From Thainema sp. (GTDB lineage: Bacteria; Cyanobacteriota; Cyanobacteriia; Phormidesmidales; Phormidesmidaceae): a stretch of 64,000 nt of DNA. The notes beneath the pieces are model-generated. The model did no database searches. It saw only the letters and a program-made list of their open reading frames with translations, and was not told the DNA's origin. A program made the position numbers and the translations under genes. Every line of letters begins with the position of its first letter. Within the stretch, counting starts at the first letter, position 1. Where the stretch lies: positions 160,001 to 224,000 of the forward strand of contig JBQLZK010000001.1 in assembly GCA_052168235.1 (NCBI GenBank), read 5' to 3'. Below, in pieces: positions 19,275-28,622 of the stretch.

Positions 19275-19631
19275 TTCCTTATGGACTTGGTTCTGCTGAC
19301 CAATGTTAATAATCTGTTGCGCCATCTGCTGCACATCCTCAGCAAACTGCTGATTCTCTGGATCTCTTAATTCATAAGCTAGACAAATCTCCAGTTCTTC
19401 TAGTGCAGCCTCAGACTTTTCTTGCTCTACTCGGGTGATGGCCTTTTCCATCCGCTTATTTCCAGTAAAGTGCTGCTTGATCCGTTTCCACAACGCCTCA
19501 ATCTGGCTACCCGCCGTCTTCAACATGGCTGGGGTCGTTATTTCTGCCGCTTTGCCTGCTGCTGCCTCAACAAACTTACTTGCCGCTATGGCAGCGATCC
19601 CCGCTGCCGTTAACGTGACTGGATCAGTCAT
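19182..19631 (-). CDS. Putative Bell/HeLL-like helical cell-death effector with C-terminal amyloid-like motif
   Basis: 149 aa: N-terminal Ala-rich hydrophobic helix MTDPVTLTAAGIAAIAASKFVE, helical core, Q/N-rich linker, and C-terminal motif shared with the downstream NLR. ATGA stop/start overlap at 19182-19185. Confidence 0.75.
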   Translation of the reverse strand: MTDPVTLTAAGIAAIAASKFVEAAAGKAAEITTPAMLKTAGSQIEALWKRIKQHFTGNKRMEKAITRVEQEKSEAALEELEICLAYELRDPENQQFAEDVQQMAQQIINIGQQNQVHKEINVDIEGHDNSRNYGFGEFHGTANFGDSKS

Positions 19632-19813
19632 AGTTTTATATCTAGGTAATGGCTACATTTGACTCATCCCAATTCTGCACAGAATTTCTCTCAGTGTCGA
19701 GAATCGAGGATTAAGCTAGTTGTTATATGTATAGACAAAGCCATTGATACGTTACGGCTAGCGCCTGACACATCCTACGAAGCTACAAAACTTAAAATCT
19801 GGGGAAACAGCAG

Positions 19814-20053
19814 ATGGCTGAAAACATCGTGAAAGTAGACATCTCATTTCAAGCCTTACTCACAGCCGTTCTATCTCTGGAACGCGCTGAGAAGCAGAAG
19901 CTTTGGGAATTCCTGGAAACAGATTTATTTCCAGACGAGGAGGATTCACCCGAAGATCTGGCTGAAATTGAAGCTGCTCGCGCCGACTATACAGCAGGTG
20001 ACTACATCACGTTTGATCAATACGCAGCAGAGCGAGCTAGCCGTTACGAATGA
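19814..20053 (+). CDS. Putative antitoxin
   Basis: 79-aa acidic protein ending AEIEAARADYTAGDYITFDQY; ATGA overlap with the downstream RelE-like gene. Confidence 0.75.
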   Translation: MAENIVKVDISFQALLTAVLSLERAEKQKLWEFLETDLFPDEEDSPEDLAEIEAARADYTAGDYITFDQYAAERASRYE

Positions 20054-20289
20054 CGTACACAATCATTACGCCTAAAGTTGTTCGAAAACAGCTAGATGAC
20101 TTGCCCGATGACGTTTATGAACGTATTGCTCCTAAGATCCAGCAGCTTGCAGAACATCCTCGCCCAGACGGGGTTACAAAGCTGAAAGGAACCGATCGCG
20201 AATATTGGGTTCGTTGTGAAATTGATGACAAGGAAAAAGTGATCTTGCTCTTATAGTGCAAGCACTAAAGAGATATCTACCGGAAGTAG
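20050..20289 (+). pseudogene. Degraded RelE/ParE family toxin
   Basis: The RelE start (MTYTIITPKVVRKQLDDLP...HPRPDGVTKLKG) is present, but the usual YRIRxGDYRV core appears collapsed to EYWVRCEIDD. In-frame stops TAG (20254) and TAA (20266) precede the residual tail CKH*RDIYRK*. Confidence 0.75.
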
Positions 20290-20298
20290 ACAAATTTC

Positions 20299-20325
20299 AA
20301 AAAGGACAGCCAAGATAGCTGTCCT
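20299..20325 (-). terminator. Rho-independent terminator after the ferredoxin gene
   Basis: AGGACAGC-7nt-GCTGTCCT with a T-run on the minus strand. Confidence 0.55.
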
Positions 20326-20345
20326 ATAGCATTCAATCTTTAGCC

Positions 20346-20834
20346 CTAAATATCTTTACTTTGCACAAAATAGGAGCCAATACTGAAGCTGGTATCGCTT
20401 TCCTCAAGCTGCTTTAAGACTGAACGGGTAATTAGCTTCTCTTTTTCGACCAGCACTTGACCTGTGATTGGGTGCAGCAAATCTTGCTCTGCCCGCCGTC
20501 CAATCAGCGCCTCAATATCCTTCAGCGAATTAATATACATACCGGGCGGTAGCTCCACCACCACGCCTTCGCCCTGCACCCGTGCCTGACAGGCCAAGCG
20601 CGAATTGGGCTTGCAGGTGGTAATCACTTCTAACGTACGCTGTTCCCGGCGGTTAATTGGGCTGAGCGAGCCCATGCCCTCTTTCACATAGATATGGCAG
20701 GTGGCGCACATACCCCGCCCACCACACTCTTTCAAAACGTCCAGTTCTTCATCCAGCAGCACAGAGAGCAGGTTGCCGTCAGTTGCGATCGCGGTTTCCT
20801 GAGCAATTGGTTCTAGTCGAACAATTTTAACCAT
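20346..20834 (-). CDS. 2Fe-2S ferredoxin-domain protein
   Basis: ECGGRGMCATCH...RLACQ cluster motif with a C-terminal extension. Confidence 0.9.
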   Translation of the reverse strand: MVKIVRLEPIAQETAIATDGNLLSVLLDEELDVLKECGGRGMCATCHIYVKEGMGSLSPINRREQRTLEVITTCKPNSRLACQARVQGEGVVVELPPGMYINSLKDIEALIGRRAEQDLLHPITGQVLVEKEKLITRSVLKQLEESDTSFSIGSYFVQSKDI

Positions 20835-21082
20835 TAAATTCGCCTACTCAATATCAAAACAAATTGAAACCCAAAAACCGAAACGAGAAGAGCCAATTAG
20901 CTAGAAAGGAACCAGCTTAAAACTGTATCAATTAGACAATTTAGACAGTTTTGTTGCCAACTCAATAAAAATCAACATTCAACTCACCATTTAACCAACC
21001 ATTTCGCAAAACCAAACCTTTATCTAAAAATGCTGATGTTGATTCACAACAAGTGATTTACAACCAGATGACAAGGTAAATC

Positions 21083-21961
21083 TTATCGCTCCGGGAAAAC
21101 CGTCAAATCAGACAGCAAAATGTACCGTTGACGTTCATCCAACGCCTCTTGCTCCATCAAAACGGGGAAATCGCGGATTACTCTTGCGCAACGGGTTACG
21201 AACGCCGTTACCCACATTTTGATCCACTTCTGATGCTCATTTTCAATCTCTTCTTGCAGCGAGGTTTGAGAACTCGGTGCAAGACTAATATTCCCCGTCC
21301 GTTCAATCTGAAAAACGTCCAGCCAATCTAAATCAGGCCGACTGGTTTTCCAGTAGTTTGATACCACAGCTTTGCCCAGATATTGGCTAGCATATTGGCT
21401 CAAGCTATTCAACGCAGATAGCACCTCACCTAAATTCGGTGGCTTCATCACCGAAGCCTGATTCGATTTCGGTGTCGGCGGAGTTCTCTGGGCAGGGGCG
21501 ACCGTCGCATTGGACTGGGTTGTAGAGCCCGATGTGCTTAAGGCAGCTTGGGATTGAGACTCTCCCCAGTAGCTTTGTCCCGATAACGATATACTTCCCG
21601 CTAACAACCGAAATGTTGCAACCGCTTTGGTAATATCGCCCAGAAGTTCATCCTTCAGCAGACTAATTCCCTGCATATAGGACGTGATATCCAGATTTTC
21701 GTTCGTCAGAACCAGTAAAATTGCACCCTGTTCCAGTTTATAAATGTACACACTGTAATTGGAAAACAGGAACTCAAACGACTCAAATCCGGATGGCGTT
21801 GTGTCGATAACCTGTTGAATTCCTTGGGCTAGCGCCTCCCGCTGCTGGAAGTTGAGTGTCTGATCCAATCCAAAAAAATAGGGACGCGATCGCCCATCCA
21901 TTAGGGCAATGCCCGCAATTCCTGGTAAATTCAGAAAATCCTGAACGACCTCCCGTTTCAT
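21083..21961 (-). CDS. Hypothetical protein with a possible Roadblock-like N-terminus
   Basis: 292 aa; DFLNLPGIAGIALMDGRSRPYF, an S/T/P-rich linker, and a helical C-domain. Confidence 0.7.
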   Translation of the reverse strand: MKREVVQDFLNLPGIAGIALMDGRSRPYFFGLDQTLNFQQREALAQGIQQVIDTTPSGFESFEFLFSNYSVYIYKLEQGAILLVLTNENLDITSYMQGISLLKDELLGDITKAVATFRLLAGSISLSGQSYWGESQSQAALSTSGSTTQSNATVAPAQRTPPTPKSNQASVMKPPNLGEVLSALNSLSQYASQYLGKAVVSNYWKTSRPDLDWLDVFQIERTGNISLAPSSQTSLQEEIENEHQKWIKMWVTAFVTRCARVIRDFPVLMEQEALDERQRYILLSDLTVFPER

Positions 21962-22484
21962 AGGATGCCTAAAATCGTTGTCCGTCTAAATCAGCAATAG
22001 TCAATCTGGAATCATCAATCTGGAGAGTCAATCGAGCTGAGTTGAGCCAACTCTTCATACTGGATTGAACATACAGATTGAAAACAGTCAAGCAAGCGAT
22101 CATCAAGTTTTGCGCCTTAACTTGGGCTTTGGCTTTAACAGGGTCACACAAGTTTATCCTGGTCTAGAGCGCAACTTCCACTTAGCGAAAATTAAAGTCA
22201 GCACATCAGGTGCGATCGCATGCTAGTTCTTAAATTAATGCACAGTTGAATCGGGTAAGAAATATTTCAAATCATGTCAAAGGGTAATCTAAGAATTAAA
22301 GTGCATTTCATTACAGTACGTTGGATAGTGCATTAGACGTTGAGTATGTAAATCTGCATGCAACAACACTACACAATGACCGGAATATCTATATCTCTCA
22401 CACTACAGAGATATGATATGTGGCGTATTTCGCCTCAGATGTTTCAAACTTGTTCGTTTGTTCCTCCGTATAAGGCTAGCAGCT

Positions 22485-23522
22485 ATGTCTGATCTTCCGT
22501 TTACCTTAGACCAACTTCGAATCCTCAAAGCGATCGCCGTTGAAGGGAGTTTCAAGCGAGCTGCTGACAGTCTGTACGTCTCCCAACCTGCCGTCAGCCT
22601 ACAGGTACAAAACCTAGAGCGTCAATTGGATGTCCCCCTGTTTGATCGGGGTGGACGACGCGCCCAGTTGACAGAGGCCGGCCATTTGCTGCTCAGCTAC
22701 GGAGATCGAATCCTCACTCTATGCCAGGAAACTTGTCGGGCCATTGAAGATTTACAAAACTTACAGGGTGGAACCCTGATTGTAGGGGCAAGTCAGACGA
22801 CAGGCACCTATTTACTGCCCCGCATGATTGGTCTATTTCGGCAGCAGTATCCCGATGTGGCCGTCCAGCTTCATGTGCATTCCACTCGTCGCACCTCCTG
22901 GAGCGTGGCCAACGGGCAGATTGATTTAGCAATTATTGGCGGTGAGGTTCCTCCTGAGTTACAGGACTCTCTTAATATTGTTCCCTACGCTGAGGATGAA
23001 CTCGCGCTGATTATGCCCGTTTTTCATCCCTTAGCCAATGTTGACCTAATTCAGAAAGACGATCTGTACAAGCTCAACTTTATTGCTCTGGATTCCCAAT
23101 CAACCATTCGCAAGGTCATCGACCAGGTGCTAACCCGGAGCGGTATTGAGACGCGGCGGCTCAAGATTGAAATGGAGCTGAACTCAATCGAGGCGATTAA
23201 GAATGCTGTCCAGTCCGGTCTCGGCGTTGCCTTCGTTTCAATTTCAGCCATTGAAAAAGAACTGCAAATGGGTCTACTTCAGCGCACCAAGGTTGATGAA
23301 GTGGTGATTAACCGCACTTTATCGGTCATTGTCAATCCGGCCCGCTATCGCTCAAAAGCCGCTGAAGCATTCACGAAGGAAATTTTGCCCCAGTTCACAT
23401 CGAAACCGATTAACCTGGATCGAAAAGCCGATCGGAGTGGAGTAACCGAACCACCAGCCAGCGTTCCTTTAAAATCTTCGGCCTCGGCTTCCCCCCGCTC
23501 CGGCAGTGAATCCTTGAAGTAA
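22485..23522 (+). CDS. rbcR: LysR regulator RbcR/Ycf30
   Basis: [40 protein letters not shown]...[13 protein letters not shown], the conserved ycf30 sequence. Confidence 0.88.
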   Translation: MSDLPFTLDQLRILKAIAVEGSFKRAADSLYVSQPAVSLQVQNLERQLDVPLFDRGGRRAQLTEAGHLLLSYGDRILTLCQETCRAIEDLQNLQGGTLIVGASQTTGTYLLPRMIGLFRQQYPDVAVQLHVHSTRRTSWSVANGQIDLAIIGGEVPPELQDSLNIVPYAEDELALIMPVFHPLANVDLIQKDDLYKLNFIALDSQSTIRKVIDQVLTRSGIETRRLKIEMELNSIEAIKNAVQSGLGVAFVSISAIEKELQMGLLQRTKVDEVVINRTLSVIVNPARYRSKAAEAFTKEILPQFTSKPINLDRKADRSGVTEPPASVPLKSSASASPRSGSESLK

Positions 23523-23612
23523 GCCTCCCGAAAGTAAGACTCACACCAGCGCCCGTATTGCGCCCGTACCGCGTTTGCCATCGCAGTTTGTCATCGCATT
23601 TCAACCAGGTGA

Positions 23613-25175
23613 ATGGAAGTTTACTGTACCCGCCCTAACTGCCCAAAGCCGACGAACTACTACGCGGATTTAGACCAGAATGCGACGCTGCAAACAGTGC
23701 AGCAAAAGTTCTGTACAAGTTGCGGAATGCCGTTGATTTTGGCGGGTCGATATTTGCCGCAGAAGCTCTTGGGCCGAGGCGGATTTGGGGCAGCGTTTTT
23801 AGCCATTGACCGCTATACACCAACACTGCGGCAGTGTGTTGTCAAGCAGTTCCAGCCCACCGGGGACTTGAGTCCAGCTCAAATGCAGATTGCCCAGGAT
23901 TTGTTTAATCGCGAGGCGGAAATCCTAGAGCAAATCGGCAATAAGCATCCGCTGATTCCCGATCTGTTTGCCTTTTTTCCGCTGATCGTCGATTTGCCCT
24001 CTCGAACTGGGCAAACGGAACTGTTCTACATCGTTCAAGAGTTTATTGACGGTCAGGATCTAGAGCAGGAGCTGGCTCAAAAAGGTTCGTTTCCCGAGAC
24101 AGAAGTTCGCGAAATTTTAGACTCTGTACTCAAGACGCTCCAGTTTGTCCACGATAGCGGCGTGATTCACCGGGACATTAAACCGTCGAACATCATGCGC
24201 GATCGCAGCGGCAAACTGTACCTGCTCGATTTCGGCGCAGTTAAACGGGTAACGGCTAAGGCGTCCCAGGCAAGCGGCAGCAATCAATCCACTGGTATTT
24301 ATTCAATGGGGTTTGCGCCGCCCGAACAGATGGCAGGCAGTACAGTTTATCCCGCCACCGACCTCTATGCATTGGCCGTCACCTGCATTACCCTGCTGAC
24401 TGGGAAACAGCCCAAAGACCTCTACGACTCCTATAGCAACGGCTGGAACTGGCATCCCCATGCTCAGGTTGGGGGCCAACTAGCGGCAATTCTCGACAAA
24501 ATGCTGATGCCGACCCCTAGCCAGCGCTTTCAGTCTGCACAAGACGTACTGGATGCTCTAGCAGGTACAGCGTCACCGACCACATCGTCAAATCCGAGAT
24601 CGCAATCTTCACCACCCAACCCGTTTTCCGCTTCGACGACCACTCCGACGGGGATACCACCGACCGCCGCAGGTACAGCCCTGCAATCCTCCTCGCCCGC
24701 CATGCCGCCAATTCAGCCCGCGACTCCGGCTCCAATCACCCCTGGCGCTTCTCAGTCTGTCGCAGCTCAGCAGCCTACTCCAGCATCGGCTCAGACCTCC
24801 TCTGGTTTCAGCCTGCTGGAATTTTTGGGCGGAGCTGCGTTTACCGGATTTGAAGGGGCACTACTTGCGATCGCGCTATTTAGCCTCAGCTTTTTGGGTA
24901 CCCTAGTGAGCGGCATCTTCTGGATTTTGCTGATCGCAGCGCTCATCTTTTTCCAGTCGCGCCGCACGATTGAACGGGTGGACTTGCTGATCATTGCGGG
25001 GCTAACGCTGCTAATCGTGCTATTTGTGCCGCCGCTTCAGTCTTTACCGCTGCTGCAGGCCAGTGGCAGTTCTCGACTGTTAACGGTTATCTTAGCGGTG
25101 ATGGCAAGTCTAGTCGTGGTGGCAGCGGCAACCCTATTTCGGTTGATCTACAGTATTTTGGCTCGTTTTCTGTAA
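23613..25175 (+). CDS. Membrane Ser/Thr protein kinase with N-terminal 4-Cys ribbon
   Basis: CTRPNC...CTSCG; LGRGGFG, VVKQ, IHRDIKPSN, LDFG, APPEQ; about 4 C-terminal transmembrane segments. Confidence 0.93.
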   Translation: MEVYCTRPNCPKPTNYYADLDQNATLQTVQQKFCTSCGMPLILAGRYLPQKLLGRGGFGAAFLAIDRYTPTLRQCVVKQFQPTGDLSPAQMQIAQDLFNREAEILEQIGNKHPLIPDLFAFFPLIVDLPSRTGQTELFYIVQEFIDGQDLEQELAQKGSFPETEVREILDSVLKTLQFVHDSGVIHRDIKPSNIMRDRSGKLYLLDFGAVKRVTAKASQASGSNQSTGIYSMGFAPPEQMAGSTVYPATDLYALAVTCITLLTGKQPKDLYDSYSNGWNWHPHAQVGGQLAAILDKMLMPTPSQRFQSAQDVLDALAGTASPTTSSNPRSQSSPPNPFSASTTTPTGIPPTAAGTALQSSSPAMPPIQPATPAPITPGASQSVAAQQPTPASAQTSSGFSLLEFLGGAAFTGFEGALLAIALFSLSFLGTLVSGIFWILLIAALIFFQSRRTIERVDLLIIAGLTLLIVLFVPPLQSLPLLQASGSSRLLTVILAVMASLVVVAAATLFRLIYSILARFL

Positions 25176-25321
25176 CTTTATATCTTGCACCTTGCCAATC
25201 AAAAACCCGAAGTGGCTATTTTGCTACCGCGATGCAGCAGCAAAATAACTCCTGTGGATTTGATGCAAGATGTGAATAACTCATTTCTCAAACCTTGGCA
25301 AATACCTCGGCAAAGTAGGTT

Positions 25322-26410
25322 ATGGCTTCTAAAAACGAGACTCCGGTTCTGATTGCGGCCTTACTGATTACTGTGGGCGTAATCGGTGGTGCGGGCTGGT
25401 GGCTGTATCGCAGCACTGACATATTTAGCGGACTGGGAGGTTCATCGTCACCATCGCCATCTAGCCCAGCAACTGCAACATCCTCAGACCCGACAGCGAC
25501 CATACCGCCCGATATTGCCCAGTCCAATGCCGAGACTCTGGCGCAAGTGGAGGGAGTTCCCCAAGGATTGTTCAACTATGGCGGCAGCACCACATGGGCA
25601 CCGATGCGCGGCACAGTTGATCCGCTAATTGAAACTGTGTGGCCCCGGTATGACCTGCGCTATGTCGATCCAACCACAGGTGCCGCCGGATCGAGTACGG
25701 GAATCGAAATGCTGCTGGATGGGCAGCTTTCCTTCGCCCAGTCCTCTCGTCCCCTGGAAGATGAGGAGTACCAACGAGCCGAACAGCGGGGCTTCAACCT
25801 GAGCCAAATTCCAGTCGCCCTGGAAGGCATTGCCTTTGCCGTTAATCCATCGCTGCCCGTGGACGCCCTAACGCTGGATCAAATCCAGCAAATATATACC
25901 GGGGAAATTACCAACTGGAGTCAGGTTGGTGGGCCGTCATTGCCGATTACGCCATTATCGCGATCGCAACAGTCCGGCGGTACCGTCGAGTTCTTTCAAG
26001 AAAACGTTCTCGGTGGCGCAGAACTGAGCAACGCCGTCCGCATCGTGTCCAATACTACCCAAGCCCTACGCCAGCTTGCTGAAACCCCCGGCGGCATTTA
26101 CTATGCCTCTGCTCCAGAAGTCGTGGGTCAATGCACGATTAAGCCCTTATCCATTGGCCGCAGTGCCAACCAGTTAGTCGCCCCCTATCAGGCTCCCTAC
26201 GTCCCAGAATCCGACTGTCCAGCCCGTCGTAATCAGCTTAACCAGGATGCTTTCCGCAGCGGCGACTATCCGCTGACTCGCCAACTGTTTGTCATCGTGA
26301 AGCAAGATGGCCAAACCGATCAGCAAGCCGGAGAAGCTTACGCCAAGCTACTGCTGTCAGAACAGGGGCAAGAGCTGGTGCAGGAAGCGGGATTTGTGAG
26401 GTTAAAGTAG
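25322..26410 (+). CDS. PstS-like periplasmic binding-domain protein
   Basis: YGGSTT, GSSTGI, SSRPL, ITNWSQVGG, SGGTVEFF, YPLTRQLF; N-terminal membrane anchor. Confidence 0.85.
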   Translation: MASKNETPVLIAALLITVGVIGGAGWWLYRSTDIFSGLGGSSSPSPSSPATATSSDPTATIPPDIAQSNAETLAQVEGVPQGLFNYGGSTTWAPMRGTVDPLIETVWPRYDLRYVDPTTGAAGSSTGIEMLLDGQLSFAQSSRPLEDEEYQRAEQRGFNLSQIPVALEGIAFAVNPSLPVDALTLDQIQQIYTGEITNWSQVGGPSLPITPLSRSQQSGGTVEFFQENVLGGAELSNAVRIVSNTTQALRQLAETPGGIYYASAPEVVGQCTIKPLSIGRSANQLVAPYQAPYVPESDCPARRNQLNQDAFRSGDYPLTRQLFVIVKQDGQTDQQAGEAYAKLLLSEQGQELVQEAGFVRLK

Positions 26411-26496
26411 ACTCCTTACTTTCATTACAGACCCCATCCCACGCCCCACAGATTTGCCATCATAGAGAGCGTTCGTGGTGATGAACTGGGTATGCT

Positions 26497-27132
26497 ATGT
26501 CAGCCCACTTGAGGAGAAATGTGATGAAACGATATTGCTGGTCGATGATTGGGGCGTTGGCATTAGGTGGGACGGTTGGGGTCATGCAAAGTGCGATCGC
26601 ACCTCTGGTTGCACAGGCGTACACGGCGCGGGTCGATTTGACCCTAGCTAGCGGTAAAGAAGAAACCTACGAGGTATTACTTAATCGGGCAGAAAACGTA
26701 GCCAGAGCGGCAGTACAGCGCAGTTTCGATGCGGATTTATTAGCAACAGACGTGATCGTGATCGTGGTGGGCGATCGTGGTGGCATTGTTGCGCCAATCA
26801 TGGACGTGCGGGTGAGTCGAGCGGAATGGCGTAGCCGCCCAGATGTAGCCTACTGGGGAGACTATTATCTAGATGCGCGAGCGCTCTTGGGTTTTGAGAG
26901 TTTCAGTGGTTCTGCCTCTGAAACAACTACATCACCCGTAGAACGTCCCTCACGCCCAGCTACTAATCCGGCTGGAACAGAATCAGATACAACTTCACCG
27001 TCAAATTCAGACGCTGATGCAACACCGGGTGAAACATCAGATGAAATTCCTGATTTAGATCGAGGCCCTGGCGAAATCGAGACGCCACGACCGTTTGTGA
27101 TTCCGGTTGATCCCTTTAACCCGCTGTTTTAG
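26497..27132 (+). CDS. Hypothetical exported protein
   Basis: Signal-like N-terminus, AYTARVDL...RAE.VARAAVQRSFD, acidic S/T/P tail. Confidence 0.7.
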   Translation: MSAHLRRNVMKRYCWSMIGALALGGTVGVMQSAIAPLVAQAYTARVDLTLASGKEETYEVLLNRAENVARAAVQRSFDADLLATDVIVIVVGDRGGIVAPIMDVRVSRAEWRSRPDVAYWGDYYLDARALLGFESFSGSASETTTSPVERPSRPATNPAGTESDTTSPSNSDADATPGETSDEIPDLDRGPGEIETPRPFVIPVDPFNPLF

Positions 27133-27136
27133 GTTT

Positions 27137-28282
27137 CTATAGCGCCTGTAGCGACTGATAATGCAGCAAATGCTGTTCTGCGGAGCGTTGCCAGGTGTAT
27201 TGCTCCAGGATGGCTTGGCTGTTCCGGACGCGGATTTGCGCCAGGTCTGGATCGTGGTAGACGTCCAGCATCGCAGTTGCGATCGCACTTACTTGCTGCG
27301 GATCAACCAGCCATGCCTGATCGGGCGATAGGAATTCAGTAAATGGAGTTTGGTTAGACGTAATCACGGGTAGACCCGATGCGATCGCTTCTAGCACGAC
27401 CAATCCCCAACCTTCTTTTACGGACGGAAAGACAAAGGCAGCGGCACAGCGGTAGAGCGCAGGCAAATCAGCATCGGCAATCACACCGGGCAAAATTAAC
27501 GACTGACCAATTGAAATACGCAAGCGCTCGGCTAGTTGAAAAAATTCGTCGCGATAGGCCTGATAGTCAAATAGCGTCGCGCCTCCAGCAATCACCAGCT
27601 GCGCATGAGGAAGCACCCGAAGCACTTGAGCAAATGCTTCCAAAATGCACAGTGAATTCTTGCGCGGCTCAATGCCACCTACAGTTAGATATATCGGTTG
27701 CCCCTTGAGAGAATAGCGCTGTTTAAGCGATGCTTCTTTGCCATTTGGTACAGCAGAAAATCGTTTTGTATTAATGCCGTTGATCACCCGTGGCGCGGTG
27801 ATGCCATAGTCCTGGTGGAGTGTTTTTTGCCAGCGATCGCTAACGCAGAGACACCGATCCGGTTCGCGAATCGAGCGGTCTTGGCACTGTTGCAGATAGG
27901 GGCTGGCAAAGTCCTCAACGTGATGTACTGTACGCACGAAGTGTTGGATTTCGCCCCGCTGCTTCAACTGGGCGAGGGCGTTTGCGCCAATGCAGTCCTG
28001 AGCGTGATAGATATCGTAGTCAGTCTGACTCTGCTGAAAATGCTGGACAAACTCCTGAATCCGCTGATGAATCAAGGCATCAATAGCATTGGGTGCAGGT
28101 TGAGCTGAAATGAGAATGAGATCGCACTTTATCGGCCAGTCGAATCCCTGCCCATCTTTATCTAGCGCATAAACGCAGACGCTGTGACCCAGATCGTGTA
28201 GTGCATCGGCTAATTCCAGCGTATGAACTACGCTGCCGCGCGGCTTAGTGGAATAGGTCAGTAACGCAATTCGCTGGGGCAT
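27137..28282 (-). CDS. GT4 glycosyltransferase, MSMEG_0565 family
   Basis: RIALLTYSTKPRGSVVH, YHAQDCI, RTVHH, GGIEPRKN, FPSVKEGWGLVVLEA. Confidence 0.85.
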   Translation of the reverse strand: MPQRIALLTYSTKPRGSVVHTLELADALHDLGHSVCVYALDKDGQGFDWPIKCDLILISAQPAPNAIDALIHQRIQEFVQHFQQSQTDYDIYHAQDCIGANALAQLKQRGEIQHFVRTVHHVEDFASPYLQQCQDRSIREPDRCLCVSDRWQKTLHQDYGITAPRVINGINTKRFSAVPNGKEASLKQRYSLKGQPIYLTVGGIEPRKNSLCILEAFAQVLRVLPHAQLVIAGGATLFDYQAYRDEFFQLAERLRISIGQSLILPGVIADADLPALYRCAAAFVFPSVKEGWGLVVLEAIASGLPVITSNQTPFTEFLSPDQAWLVDPQQVSAIATAMLDVYHDPDLAQIRVRNSQAILEQYTWQRSAEQHLLHYQSLQAL

Positions 28283-28302
28283 TGTCGGAGCATTTTCAGT
28301 TT

Positions 28303-28406
28303 TATGGCAGTAGTCACATCGGTTAGGACGTTAGAAAACTCTGAAACGTTCAAGCGTTTAAACGCTGGATTTCGTAACTATCTCAACCAAAATGGCGATG
28401 GCTATA
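28303..28406. mobile_element. MITE-like dispersed repeat (uninterrupted copy)
   Basis: Imperfect TIRs TATGGCAGTAGTCA...TGGCGATGGCTATA; homologous (inverted) to 3616-3819. Confidence 0.7.
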
Positions 28407-28622
28407 TCAATTCAAATCTAATCAAGTTCAGCTTGCAATCAGTTGAAACCATCGTTGCCCCAAGTTACCCCTAAATAGCGTTTACGCAAGACTAGCAGTG
28501 CCAGTCTTACGCAAATACATACCGCGTTCTTTAGCCAAAAATTATTTTGTTCATTGTGTAAGACCAGCCCTATAAGCCCTGCTCGCTCATGCTCGCAATC
28601 GCAACTGAGTCGAGTACAAGTT

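Noticed and set aside
19154..19345. 63-aa ORF bridging effector and NLR (possible frameshift fusion)
   Set aside because: Alternative frame with no recognisable features. The two real genes have a clean ATGA coupling and each carries its own motif copy.
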